NCBI GenBank assembly: GCA_965218095.1
Contig: OZ244587.1
Location: 5,568,001-5,632,000 of the forward strand
Origin: Candidatus Poribacteria bacterium
GTDB taxonomy: Bacteria > Poribacteria > WGA-4E > PCPOR2b
Length of the DNA stretch: 64,000 bases
Direction: 5' to 3'
The position numbers and the translations under genes are program-made. Under the pieces are notes generated by a model. It searched no databases, was not told the DNA's origin, and worked only from the letters and a program-made list of their open reading frames with translations. Shown one piece after another: positions 10,487 to 20,835 of this stretch; within the stretch, counting starts at the first letter, position 1, and every line of letters starts with the position of its first letter.

Positions 10487-11029
10487 TTAGTCCCCGGCTT
10501 CCTCAAACTCCTCGTCAATGCGAAGATCGATTGCCCCAAGGTTGGCCAGCCAAAACAGGTAGGCATCTTCACGGTTATCAGTGTAATATCTTTTCCGAAT
10601 GGAAGCAATCTTAAACCCAAACTGGCGATAGAGATTCTGCGCGGGTATATTGCTCACTCGTACCTCCAAGAAAACATGCTTCCCACCGAGTTTCCTGATA
10701 AGCGCGAGGGATTTTGCGAGGAGGTATTTACCAACGCTCCGGTTTCGATAGGCAGGAGAAACAGCGAAGTTGGCAATATGTGCTTCATCTTCAACTGTCC
10801 AGAAGTTAATAAATGCAATTGGATTTTTGCAGTGACGAGCAACGAGAAAATGAACCTGCCGTCCGCCGTGTTTTAGTCCTTCACGAAAGGAGGCTTCGTT
10901 CCAAGGGCAGGAAAATGATTGCCGTTCAATCTCCATTACTGCTGGAAGATCACTCTCCACCATGTAATCAATTTGAACCGCTGCGAGCGGCGGTTTTACT
11001 TTTATGACGTTCAACCTCTGTTTTTCCAC
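10487..11029 (-). CDS. rimI: Ribosomal-protein-alanine N-acetyltransferase
   Basis: IERQSFSCPW, EAHIANFAV, LEVRVSNIPAQNLY and RKRYYTDNREDA. Confidence 0.9.
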   Translation of the reverse strand: MEKQRLNVIKVKPPLAAVQIDYMVESDLPAVMEIERQSFSCPWNEASFREGLKHGGRQVHFLVARHCKNPIAFINFWTVEDEAHIANFAVSPAYRNRSVGKYLLAKSLALIRKLGGKHVFLEVRVSNIPAQNLYRQFGFKIASIRKRYYTDNREDAYLFWLANLGAIDLRIDEEFEEAGD

Positions 11030-11063
11030 TTTTCCAGGGTCATTATTTTCAACTTTTGAGCGT

Positions 11064-11186
11064 TGGTCGAGTAGCGGTGGGTTGAGTAGGCACAGTTATA
11101 TCGAAACCTGAAGCCGTATCGAGACCAACGCTCACTTGGTTTCGATACACGCAGTTTATCCCGATCCTCTCGGGGCTACTCAACCG
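11064..11186. repeat. REP-like palindromic element (GGTCGAGTAGC...GTATCGAGACC...GGTTTCGATAC...GCTACTCAACC)
   Basis: Nested inverted repeats in the rimI leader, containing a CCCGATCCTCTCGGG hairpin. Confidence 0.6.
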
Positions 11187-11209
11187 GTGTTCGCTTGTTT
11201 CCACGATTC

Positions 11210-11238
11210 ATTGTAGCACTCAGAACTTACTGTGTCAA
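11210..11238 (-). promoter_or_regulatory. Sigma70-type promoter for the rimI-DUF62-propeller operon
   Basis: TTGACA-N17-TACAAT on the minus strand. Confidence 0.65.
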
Positions 11239-11281
11239 TCCTGAAATCATCGCGGTCGACAACCCCAAACAATAATTCTAC

Positions 11282-11310
11282 TTGCAACCAGACGTTTTCA
11301 GCGATATAAT
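11282..11310 (+). promoter_or_regulatory. Divergent sigma70-type promoter
   Basis: TTGCAA-N17-TATAAT. Confidence 0.6.
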
Positions 11311-11370
11311 GCGTGGGAGATAAAACTGATCGTTGTTTGCTTCAGCCACCAACCACTGGAGGACAGAACC

Positions 11371-11630
11371 ATGAAAATTTCCCAAATCGAACTTTTCCCA
11401 ATTCATACACCACGCGAGACCGGGGCCATCTCGCTGCACATCATTGGGAAGATGCACACCGATGCGGGCATCTGTCAGGGATGCCGGATGTTCCACAGAT
11501 GGAGCGTGAAATTAACGAAGCACTCAAGGGCGTTGAGATTCACAACACACCGGTGATTGACGCACAGGTGAAGGAGTTGGGTAAAATCTTCGGCGCGGGA
11601 ATCGAGATGGCAGCCCTGGACATCAAACGA
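11371..11630 (+). pseudogene. N-terminal fragment of an enolase-superfamily (MR/MLE) enzyme
   Basis: MKISQIELFPIHTPRETG...MHTDAG shifts frame into ...ALKG...AGIEMAALDI and is then truncated by a short tandem repeat tract. Confidence 0.6.
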
Positions 11631-11888
11631 TCCTTCTATGTCGTCTACGAGAGGAATGGAAGAAAAGAAAGAATGGAAGGAAGAGCTTTTACATTTTACA
11701 CATTACATTTTACGTATTCTTCTTACGCATCACGTTTCACGGTTGACCGTCCTCAAACTGTGGATCTTTTGGGTGCGATTTTTGGGGAAACTGTGTTATA
11801 ATTTTGGAAATTTCAAAAGATCAAGAGACATGATTCGTTTATGATTGCCAAAGACATACCTGAGATATATGAATGAGGGAGGAAATGC

Positions 11889-12770
11889 ATGATTGATTCT
11901 CACTACTTTGAGCCGACCACCGTTGAGGAGACCTGCACGCTGTTAGCCGAACACAGTGACGCTGCGAAGGTTGTTGCGGGCGGACAAAGCCTCGCCCCGT
12001 TGTTGCGGCGTGGACAGGTGCAGCCATCGTGTCTAGTGAGTATCCAGCACGTCGCCGGATTGGACCGCATCACCGTATCTGAGGAAGGTGTGAAAATTGG
12101 TGCGATGGTTACGCTGGATCGCTTAGAAACTGCATGCAACGCGCACCCGACGGTACGGGCGTTGAGCGAGACCATCAAAGACGTTGGGGATGTGCAAATT
12201 CGTGACCGCGCAACCCTTGTTGGGGGTATCTGTGAGGCGCATCCAGCAAGTGACATTACCGCGGTCTTGATGGCGCTTAACGCCGCGGTGAAATTGGTGA
12301 CAGCCGACGGTAAACGGATTTTACCTTTGCGTGATTTTGTCGCTGACGCCTTTACCACTGCCTCTCAGCCGGATGAGTTGCTGACTGAGGTCGTCATCCC
12401 GCCGTTTGCTCTTCCACGTTCGGCTGCTGTCTATCGCCGGTTTATTCTACGCGCCGGCGATTATCCCGTCGTCGGCGTTGGCGTATTCGTCAGCCTTGAT
12501 GACACAGAACAGTGTCAGGAATCGCGCATCGTGGTCGGCGCCTGTCTTGGCACTCCGATCCACGCGCGGGAGGCGGAGGGGCAACTGAAGGGCCGCAACG
12601 TCGTCGAAGATGACCAACCGCTCGCCGAAGCCGCTGCCCTGGCCGCCGCCCATGTTACACCGTTGAGCGATCCGATGGCGTCGGGCGAATACAAAAAGGG
12701 CCTCATCGGCGTGCTGACCAGGGAAGCGCTGACGGACGCTGTCGCTCTCGCTGTTGCGACAGACCGTTGA
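11889..12770 (+). CDS. Molybdo-flavoenzyme FAD-binding subunit (CoxM/CutM-like)
   Basis: AGGQSL, QIRDRATLVG, AHPASD, DELLTEV and DPMASGEYK. Confidence 0.9.
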   Translation: MIDSHYFEPTTVEETCTLLAEHSDAAKVVAGGQSLAPLLRRGQVQPSCLVSIQHVAGLDRITVSEEGVKIGAMVTLDRLETACNAHPTVRALSETIKDVGDVQIRDRATLVGGICEAHPASDITAVLMALNAAVKLVTADGKRILPLRDFVADAFTTASQPDELLTEVVIPPFALPRSAAVYRRFILRAGDYPVVGVGVFVSLDDTEQCQESRIVVGACLGTPIHAREAEGQLKGRNVVEDDQPLAEAAALAAAHVTPLSDPMASGEYKKGLIGVLTREALTDAVALAVATDR

Positions 12771-12823
12771 GGCGCTGATTTGAAAACCAGGGAGACTGAA
12801 AACTAACTACCGGAGGCTTTTTA

Positions 12824-13294
12824 ATGAAATATCCACTGTCGTTGACCGTCAATGACGAAAACTATGACATCCTCGTTGAGCCCTACCATACCTTAATGGA
12901 GGCTATCCGTGATGGAATTGGGCTAACAGGAACTAAGTGTGCTTGTGAGGACGGGCGCTGTGGGAGCTGCACCGTGCTGCTTGAGGGGCATCTGGTGAAA
13001 TCCTGTCTGGTGCTTGCGCTGCAAGCAAAGGGGAAATCGGTTTTGACCATAGAAGGCCTGGGGACCCCCGATGATCTGCATCCGCTGCAAGTCGCGTTCC
13101 TCGAACACGGCGCCGTGCAGTGCGGCTACTGCACACCGGGGATGCTGCTAGCCGCGAAGAAGCTGCTGGATGAAAACCCAAACCCGACTGAAGAAAACGT
13201 CCGCGTCGCACTCGTCGGGAACCTGTGTCGTTGCGGGGTTTACACTCACGCAACACAGGCGATTTTGAGCCTGACCGGACATGATACGACTTGA
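12824..13294 (+). CDS. (2Fe-2S) subunit (CoxS/CutS-like)
   Basis: GTKCACEDGRCGSCTV, QCGYCTPG and GNLCRC. Confidence 0.93.
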   Translation: MKYPLSLTVNDENYDILVEPYHTLMEAIRDGIGLTGTKCACEDGRCGSCTVLLEGHLVKSCLVLALQAKGKSVLTIEGLGTPDDLHPLQVAFLEHGAVQCGYCTPGMLLAAKKLLDENPNPTEENVRVALVGNLCRCGVYTHATQAILSLTGHDTT

Positions 13295-13524
13295 GATTGA
13301 CTATCATCATTGATAATTACCATGGAAGATTAACAGTTCCCCGCAAACTATCCGGTGACCCGTTGGACACTTCTGCGTATCCTGAGTTGATTAATGCCAT
13401 CGTACTTTCGGCAATGCGAAAAAAGACGGTTGACCTACTAGTAGATCGGGAGGAGTACGATCAACTGTTTGAAGCGTTACACAGCGGCGGCGTGCAGGCG
13501 CCGGGATCGACACTTGAAGTGTAG
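13291..13524 (+). CDS. Small hypothetical protein
   Basis: 77-aa ORF overlapping the coxS-like stop (TTGA coupling); no recognisable motif. Confidence 0.4.
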   Translation: MRLTIIIDNYHGRLTVPRKLSGDPLDTSAYPELINAIVLSAMRKKTVDLLVDREEYDQLFEALHSGGVQAPGSTLEV

Positions 13525-13530
13525 CGTCAC

Positions 13531-13563
13531 AAACCTGACAAGTTTCAAAAACCTGTCAGGTCT
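13531..13563. repeat. REP-like palindrome / possible terminator
   Basis: AAACCTGACAAGTTT-CAA-AAACCTGTCAGGTCT. Confidence 0.6.
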
Positions 13564-13591
13564 ACACATCAACGAAGGCGGGTAGTAGGTT

Positions 13592-15106
13592 ATGTATTTA
13601 CCCTTCCAATCCTCCATTTCCGCGAGTGTTCGCACAACACGGTTTCGCCAAATCACTCTATCTATCATCCTTATTTTACCTTGCCTGCTTTCTTCCCATG
13701 CTTTTGGGGCGATTGTCATCAACGAGGTGATAGCAAACCCACTCGATGAAGATACGGGTGAATTCATTGAGTTGTACAACACCGGCGCAGAACCTATTGA
13801 CGTGCTCAATTGGCAGTTCACCGATGGGGATGCGACGGATATCATCCAGCCATTTCAAGAGGAGGGACAGACAACCATCTCGCCACAGGGTTACGCGCTA
13901 ATTTTGGACGCCGAGTATGCGGGTGAGTATGATCTGCATCCGGATACCATCTTACTAACGACGAAAAATACGACTCTCGGCAACGGCTTGCAAATCAATG
14001 ATCCGATCACGCTATTCGACGAAGGCAGGGAAAACGTCATTGACACCTATTCTCACCCGTTTAATCCTAAAAATGGAATTTCGGCGGAGCGTGTCGACGT
14101 CAATGTCGGAGACATTCCTGAGAACTGGAAAGCGAGTATTGATCCGTCCGGTTCGACGCCGGGGCGTGAGAATAGTGTATCGGGTCCCGGGATTGATCAA
14201 CTGCCTGATGATAAGCTAGAGTTCTCTGATGCTAAACCAAAACCTCCTGACAATAAATTAAAGCCCGGCAAAGAAGAGCCAATACCCTCCAAGCCTGAGA
14301 GAGAGGAACCGCCGCTGCCCATCACGCCAATCCTCATCAACGAGATTATGCACAGCCCCGATACGAAAACCCGACAAACCGAATGGATTGAGCTATTTAA
14401 CCCAAATCCGCAGTCGGTGACTCTTGATAAATGGCGCGTTGAGGATGCTTCAGAAAGGTCTGGAGAAATCCCCGAAAACACACAGATTGTTGGAAATGGA
14501 TTCTTGATATTCGCAAAAAGTCAATCCGATTTTCAAGCATGGTATCCAGAGGTCACCAAGGTTGTTGAGATCAAGCTCCCAGCCCTTAATAATACAGGCG
14601 ACACGATTATCCTCTATGATTTTGCGAACCGAAAGATCGACACCGTAAACTATGTCGGGTCAGGTTCGATACGCGGTAGATCACTCGAAAGGGTTCAGAT
14701 CTCCCTCCTTCCGGATTAGCAAAAGAATTGGCAGCTTTCGGTTGCGCTCGCCGGTGCAACGCCGGGAGAGATCAACAGCCGCAGCCAAACGGCTACCGGC
14801 AAACCGAAGTTCACCATCACGCCGACGCCTTTCAATCCACAAGTGTCAGAAACGACTATCCGCTACGAAGCGCCGACTGGAGCCTTGATTACTGTGCAGA
14901 TTCTTGATTCTGCTGGCAGGCTTGTCCGCCTTCTCCTCGATCGGCGTGAAGCCGGCGGAGTGCAATCGATTAAATGGAATGGGCGGAATGAAAATGGAGA
15001 GCGCGTCTCCGTTGGTGTGTACATCTGCCAACTGATTGTTTCTAGCAATCGGAAGCAGCCGGCAATGCGGGTTGCCAAGACGATTGTCGTTGCGGAAAAA
15101 CTGTAA
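13592..15106 (+). pseudogene. Two lamin-tail domains plus FlgD-Ig/T9SS-like C-terminal domain, split by an in-frame TAG
   Basis: INEV/INEI...EFIEL/EWIEL repeats. TAG at 14717-14719 is followed in the same frame by QKNWQLS...ATPGEINS...PTPFNP...GRLVRLL...WNGRNENGERVSVGVYI. Confidence 0.75.
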
Positions 15107-15141
15107 CGTGCAACGTGAAGCATGAAAACCCGGAGGTTAAA

Positions 15142-15417
15142 ATGAACCAAAGCCTTTTATATCATGGATTGATCAGCAAAGAGGCGGACCGTTATTGTGC
15201 ACTCTGCGTCGAATTTAACATTGCGACTGAAGGCAGGACACTTAACGAAGCGAAAAGGAACCTGAAGGAAGCTGTTGAAGGATACCTAGAAGTGGTCATG
15301 GAGATTAACGATCGAGAAGGATTGATTCCTAGACATGCTCCGGATGATCTTGTCAGGGAATATGAAGTGTCATCCCAAGACGTTGAAGAGTATCATAGCC
15401 CAATCCGGATTGCCTAA
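15142..15417 (+). CDS. HicB-family antitoxin (orphan, no hicA adjacent)
   Basis: YCALCVEFNIATEGRTLNEAKRNLKEAVEGYL; GGAGG RBS. Confidence 0.75.
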   Translation: MNQSLLYHGLISKEADRYCALCVEFNIATEGRTLNEAKRNLKEAVEGYLEVVMEINDREGLIPRHAPDDLVREYEVSSQDVEEYHSPIRIA

Positions 15418-15468
15418 AGAAGTTTTCAACTAAACACACCTAGCACAGGTAAAACGTGAAAGGAAACA

Positions 15469-16383
15469 ATGATCGCCGACAAAAAAGCCGCCTACATCGC
15501 CCTCAATTTCGTGCGAGGGGTCGGCCCCAAAATGTTTGAGGCGCTGTTGAGTCGATTTATACAGCCTGAAGCGGTGGTCGCTGCATCAATCGACGAACTC
15601 TGTGCACTCCCGCGATTGACACCGGCGATTGCCGAGGCAATCCACGGCATTGATATTGATGCGGTTGTCGCGGAGCTTACGGCGCTAGAACAAATAGGCA
15701 TTGCAGTTCACACCTTCGATGAAGAGACGTATCCACCCAATCTCCAATTGATTCCAAATCCCCCGCCGATCCTCTTTCAGGCGGGAGAATTCATCGGCGA
15801 TGACACGAAATCGATCGCAATCGTCGGCACACGCAAACCGAGCGCAAATGGGGTAAAGTTGGCACGACAACTCGCAATTGGACTTGCCGAACGTGGATTC
15901 ACCATCGTGAGTGGCCTCGCTCTGGGGATTGATATATCAGCACATCAGGGGGCACTCGAAGCCGGCGGACGGACCCTTGCTGTGCTTGGGTCGGGCATCC
16001 AAGTCATTCATCCCTATCGAAATCAAGGGCTCGCTGAACAGATCCGCCATTCGGGCGCGATTTTCTCCGAAGCCAAGCCGAAGGCACCCCCGACGACCGG
16101 TGCATTGATGAGCCGGGATCGCATCGTCAGCGGGCTTGCGTTGGCAACGATTGTTGTTGAAGTCAGCGATCAGAGTGGAAGCATGGACACCGCCAATCAA
16201 GCCCGAAAACAGGGGCGAAAACTCTTCGCCATTGACAATGAATGTACAGGGAATCAGCGACTCGTTGCACAAGGCGCAGCCTCCATTACAGATCTAACAG
16301 GAGCATCCTTAGATTGGATCGCGGAAGTCACGATGGAAGAAGGTAGGAATGGGCTTGAGTCCCAACAAATGATGCCATTTTGA
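15469..16383 (+). CDS. dprA: DNA-processing protein DprA
   Basis: YPPNL...PPPILF, IAIVGTR, IVSGLALGID, AHQGAL, RDRIVSGL and SGSMDTA. Confidence 0.95.
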   Translation: MIADKKAAYIALNFVRGVGPKMFEALLSRFIQPEAVVAASIDELCALPRLTPAIAEAIHGIDIDAVVAELTALEQIGIAVHTFDEETYPPNLQLIPNPPPILFQAGEFIGDDTKSIAIVGTRKPSANGVKLARQLAIGLAERGFTIVSGLALGIDISAHQGALEAGGRTLAVLGSGIQVIHPYRNQGLAEQIRHSGAIFSEAKPKAPPTTGALMSRDRIVSGLALATIVVEVSDQSGSMDTANQARKQGRKLFAIDNECTGNQRLVAQGAASITDLTGASLDWIAEVTMEEGRNGLESQQMMPF

Positions 16384-16469
16384 AAATAGGACGATGGGGA
16401 AAGGAAGAATGGAAGGAAGGCTTCATTTCACGTATCACGCATCACGTTTCACGATTAAGGGGGGGCAAC

Positions 16470-18035
16470 ATGGACAGTGCAACTTTTGCCGCAATTGATG
16501 TCGGATCTAACGCCATGCGGCTGGAAATTGTTGAAGTGAAGGCTGACAGTACTGTTGAGGAGATCTATCAACACCGTGCCCCCGTCCGTCTGGGGCACGA
16601 AGTCTTCTTGACCGGGTTTCTGAGCCAGAATGTCATTGAGAAAGCGATTGAGGCGTTTGGTGAGTTTCGTGAGGTCATTGAGAAGTCGAGGATTCACACG
16701 ACTCGTGCAATTGCAACGAGCGCGACACGCGAAGCCATCAATGGCGATGAGCTGGTAGAGCGTGTCTACAATAGTTCTGGCATTCAATTGGAGCGGATTT
16801 CCGGCGGCGACGAGGCGCGTCTCGTCCAACTTGCTGTGACTCGCAAGATCGACCTCCGTGACAAGATTGTCCTTGTCATCGACATCGGAGGGGGAAGCGT
16901 TGAGTTCGACGTCATTGATCGCGGTTCAATTGTCTACTCCAACAGTCTGCGGCTGGGAACCGTGAGGTTGCATGAAACCTTCCTCCGAACGGATGCCGTT
17001 TCTGATCTACAGATTTTGTTGCTCAAGGCATACATGGAGCAACTCCTTGAAACAACATTGGACGCCATCAACGCACACGAAATTGACCTAGTGCTCGGTA
17101 CGGGCGGGAATGTCGAAGAGCTCGGGAGACAGATCGGGGTGAATGCAGAAAAGGAAAGCTTTCCAGAAGATGTCCCCTTCATTCCGCTACGGGATTTCCA
17201 GGTCTTCGCCAGAGAGATTTCCAGATTGAGCGTGAAGGAGCGGATGGATCGTTACGACATGCGACCGGATCGGGCAGATGTCATTTTACCCGCGAGTCTC
17301 GTCCTCACCGAAGTGGTGAGCAACATTGTCGGTGCGAGAGGGCTTTATGCTGCGAATGTTGGACTCAAGGATGGCGTGCTAGTGGAGATGGTCGATCGCT
17401 TCCGAAACTCATGGGACGTGACTTCGGAGGAAGCGGAGATCATCAAAGCGGCGACGGCGCTCGGACATAAATACCGCTTCCATTTGGGACACGCTGAACA
17501 GGTTTGTTATTTGACAGAGTTGCTATTTAATCAACTGCAACCACTCCATCAGTTGTTTTCAGAGTTACGGATGCTGCTGCGTGTTGCCGCGACACTCCAC
17601 GAAATTGGCGGGTATGTCAACCCATCTTCACACCATAAACATTCCTACTACTTGATACGGAATTCGGAAATTGTTGGACTGAATGAAAAACAACTTGAAC
17701 TGATTGCCAATATTGCCCGTTATCATCGCAAGGCATTTCCCGACCTACAGAAACATCTTCATTTTCAAGAGCTCTCGCACGCTGAAAGGGAACAAGTGAC
17801 CAAACTCGCTGCCATTTTGCGCGTCGCTGATGCATTAGATCATCAACATAAATCAATTGTCGAAGGTCTGAAAGTCAAGATTCTGGATGACGCAATTGAA
17901 ATTGATGTTAAATCTCTTGACAAGTGTCTGTTAGAAAGATGGCATCTTCAAGAGAAGGGGCAATTGTTCACGCATACATTTGGACGTTCCATTCGCCTGC
18001 TGGTGAATGGGAAAACCGGCGAAGAGATTGACTAA
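16470..18035 (+). CDS. ppx: Ppx/GppA exopolyphosphatase with HD domain
   Basis: AAIDVGSNAMRL, ATSATREA, DIGGGSVE, RADVI, LHEIG and ARYHRK. Confidence 0.92.
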   Translation: MDSATFAAIDVGSNAMRLEIVEVKADSTVEEIYQHRAPVRLGHEVFLTGFLSQNVIEKAIEAFGEFREVIEKSRIHTTRAIATSATREAINGDELVERVYNSSGIQLERISGGDEARLVQLAVTRKIDLRDKIVLVIDIGGGSVEFDVIDRGSIVYSNSLRLGTVRLHETFLRTDAVSDLQILLLKAYMEQLLETTLDAINAHEIDLVLGTGGNVEELGRQIGVNAEKESFPEDVPFIPLRDFQVFAREISRLSVKERMDRYDMRPDRADVILPASLVLTEVVSNIVGARGLYAANVGLKDGVLVEMVDRFRNSWDVTSEEAEIIKAATALGHKYRFHLGHAEQVCYLTELLFNQLQPLHQLFSELRMLLRVAATLHEIGGYVNPSSHHKHSYYLIRNSEIVGLNEKQLELIANIARYHRKAFPDLQKHLHFQELSHAEREQVTKLAAILRVADALDHQHKSIVEGLKVKILDDAIEIDVKSLDKCLLERWHLQEKGQLFTHTFGRSIRLLVNGKTGEEID

Positions 18036-18207
18036 ACTTTACCCGATATACCTATTGACCTGAGGAGCAGCGATCAGAAGGGATATAGCACGGATTATCC
18101 GAATGAACGGATTTATACCGCAGATGATCTGTTAATTCTGTGAATCTGTGCGTAAGCGCAAAAATACTGGGCTTGGGTCAAAGCTGCATCAGGACTGAGT
18201 TTCATGC

Positions 18208-18477
18208 TCATTTGTTTCTCTCATATTCTTCCAAGGTTTTCATCGCTTCAGAGGTTGCTATTATTTTCAATGCCGCAGCAGTAAGGACACGAACCTCCCC
18301 TTCCTCATCGTTGATTGCCTTAATCAACGCGGGCACAGCCAATTTACCCGTCTGACTCAACGCTAAAGCCGCATTACGGCGAACAGACTCATCGCCATCA
18401 CCCAACTGTTTGATGTGCGATTCAATATCCTGTGCCTTGGAACTCAAACCGCTCCAAATCAGACTCACAAGACACAA
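18208..18477 (-). CDS. Short HEAT-repeat protein (possibly a fragment)
   Basis: LGDGDESVRRNAALAL...AVPALIKAIND..VRVLTAAAL. Confidence 0.6.
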   Translation of the reverse strand: MCLVSLIWSGLSSKAQDIESHIKQLGDGDESVRRNAALALSQTGKLAVPALIKAINDEEGEVRVLTAAALKIIATSEAMKTLEEYERNK

Positions 18478-18623
18478 ATCGGGCTGATTTTATCGGAAGT
18501 ACACCTGAAGGGTGTTCGGGGGCTTTTGCCCAGAAGGATATGGTTTTGACAGAACTATTGGAGTTTCGGTTTATCCAGACTTAGGTGAGATGGCTTCGAT
18601 GCTGATGAGAACTGAAAAGCTCA

Positions 18624-18833
18624 CTATTTTTGACACTTACAATCTGTGCTATAAATCGAATTTTCGGACAATTGTAGTTCTAACCGCCCCAACTCAATCA
18701 GACTTTCCAGATCATCTATGTCTTCGGAGGCATATTCGGCGAAGAGCCCACGTACAGCATTCAATACCTTTTCAGCCGCTTGTCCCAACATTCGAGTCAC
18801 ATCGGCCAGGTTGGGGTTCATAACAGTCGCCAT
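18624..18833 (-). CDS. Small hypothetical protein downstream of scpB
   Basis: MATVMNPNLADVT... ORF preceded by GGAAGG; no motif recognised. Confidence 0.35.
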   Translation of the reverse strand: MATVMNPNLADVTRMLGQAAEKVLNAVRGLFAEYASEDIDDLESLIELGRLELQLSENSIYSTDCKCQK

Positions 18834-18870
18834 GTGTACTTGCACCCCTTCCAATGATGAATAAGCCGCT

Positions 18871-19467
18871 CTACTCGGTTTCCGCCTGATTGAGAAGCTG
18901 TTCAATCTCTTCCAGCGAGGGGAGTGCCGACAGATCTTTCAATCCAAACTGTTCCAGAAATTCATCAGTGGTCGCAAAAAGAAGCGAGCGCCCTTGACCG
19001 GGCTTCCGTCCGGCGATACGAACCATCCGCTTTTCGATTAGCGAATTGAGAACGCTATCGCTGTTGACGCCGCGGATCTCCTCGACTTCGGATCGGGTCA
19101 CGGGTTGTTTGTAGGCGACAATAGCGAGGGCTTCTAGGGCGGAAGGCGAGAGCTTGACGCGGACCTGGCGCGTGTAGAATTTTTCAATCCACTGGTGATA
19201 CGCGGCGTGTGTACAGATCTGAAACCCGTTGGCAATCTCAATAAGCTGAAAGCTGCGATTCATTTCCTGATACTCGTCCCGCAACAGCATGAGTTGTTGG
19301 CGGATTTGCCGAGTAGATACGTCGTCGAACAATTGGCTGAACTGCTCCAACGAAATTGGTTCGCTGGCAGCAAACAGAATGGCTTCGAGAATTGATTTGA
19401 TTTCGTCTGGGTTAGGTGCTAGCGTGTTGGTTGCGTCCATGGTGATTGAATGTTCGGTGTCAGGCAT
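18871..19467 (-). CDS. scpB: SMC-Scp condensin subunit ScpB
   Basis: LEAILFAA, LSPSALEALAIVAYKQPVTRSEVEEIRGVNS and TTDEFLEQFGL. Confidence 0.95.
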   Translation of the reverse strand: MPDTEHSITMDATNTLAPNPDEIKSILEAILFAASEPISLEQFSQLFDDVSTRQIRQQLMLLRDEYQEMNRSFQLIEIANGFQICTHAAYHQWIEKFYTRQVRVKLSPSALEALAIVAYKQPVTRSEVEEIRGVNSDSVLNSLIEKRMVRIAGRKPGQGRSLLFATTDEFLEQFGLKDLSALPSLEEIEQLLNQAETE

Positions 19468-19509
19468 GGGCGAAACCCCATTGGACCTGGAATTGGTTTT
19501 CAAGATGTG

Positions 19510-20835
19510 TGTAATTACCCCCAAAACCTAGACAGTTGACTAAGATGGATTTCTAACTGGCAAGCCGGTCATCATCTGTGCGAAAATATGGGTCAGAAAC
19601 GCCCAGAAAAAGAAAGGAGTTTTCATACCATGTCCCGCAGAAAACAGCAGAAAACAGCAGAAAACAGTACGATGGTCGATTCAAAGCACAGGTGGCTATT
19701 GAGGCGATAAAAAACCAACAAACCGTCGCTCAGATTGCCAGTCATTACGGTGTCCACCCGACTCAAGTAAGCCAATGGAAAAAGCAGGCTCTTGAACAAC
19801 TACCTCAACTGCTTGCAAACGGACGCCCAAAAGCAGCCTCTGACAACGACCAGTTAGTTGATGAACTCTATCGCCAAATCGGACAGTTGAAGGTGGAACT
19901 CGACTGGCTTCAAAAAAAAACGCAACTGCTCCGTTGAACAGAAGCGACAGCTTGTTGAAAAGGGGTGCCATTCACCGTCAGTTGTCAGACAATGCGAACT
20001 GCTGGGTTTGTGCCTCGTTCTATTACCGACCCGTAGGCGAGTCGCCACACAATCTGCTCTATATGCGTCTGATAGATGAGCAGTACACAAAGACACCGTT
20101 CTATGGCGTCCCTCGATTGACGGTATGGCTTCGTTCCCAAGGGCATGTTGTCAATCGAAAGCGGGTGGCTCGGTTGATGCGAAAGATGGGATTGGCTGCC
20201 ATCTATCCGAAGCCCAAGCCCTCGGGTATAGCTAAACCGTCGAAGATGTATCCCTATCTACTGAAGGGATTAAGTATCATCAGACCGAATCAGGTCTGGG
20301 CAACGGATATAACCTATATTCGCTTGACTCGTGGTTTCGTTTATCTAGTAGCGGTTATGGATTGGTTTTCCCGGTACGTGGTGTCGTGGGAACTTTCAAA
20401 CTCACTAGACGTATACTTTTGTCTGTCGGCTCTCGAACGCGCACTTAGCCAATTGAGACCGTTGATATTCAACAACGACCAAGGCAGTCAATTTACTTCT
20501 GATGCTTTTACAGCTCGACTTCAAGCGGCTCAGATTGCCATCAGTTGGGACGGCAGAGGCAGCTATTTTGACAATATCTTTATTGAGCGGCTCTGGCGCA
20601 GTGTCAAGTATGAGGAGGTCTATCTCAACGACTATGACTCCGTTACTACAGCTTGGCGTCGATTGAGAGACTATTTCAACTTTTACAATCAACAGCGGTT
20701 TCATCAATCGCTCAATTATCGAACACCGCACGGGGTGTATTTCCAATAATTTCAGGCGTTTCACCCTGACCGAGTTGGTCAGATTGTCTATCTTAAATCT
20801 CATTCATTGCTGTCTGAAGGATGGGGGTAAGTTCA
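19510..20835 (+). mobile_element. IS3-family insertion sequence (degenerate; orfA ~19630-19937, orfB to 20749)
   Basis: Terminal IRs TGTAATTACCCCC..AGACAG / CTGTCT..GGGGGTAAGTTCA. HTH orfA, A9 run at 19912-19920, DDE motifs WATDITY, DQGSQFTS and IERLWRSVKYE. Extra frameshifts near 19640 and 20010; no clear TSD. Confidence 0.93.
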
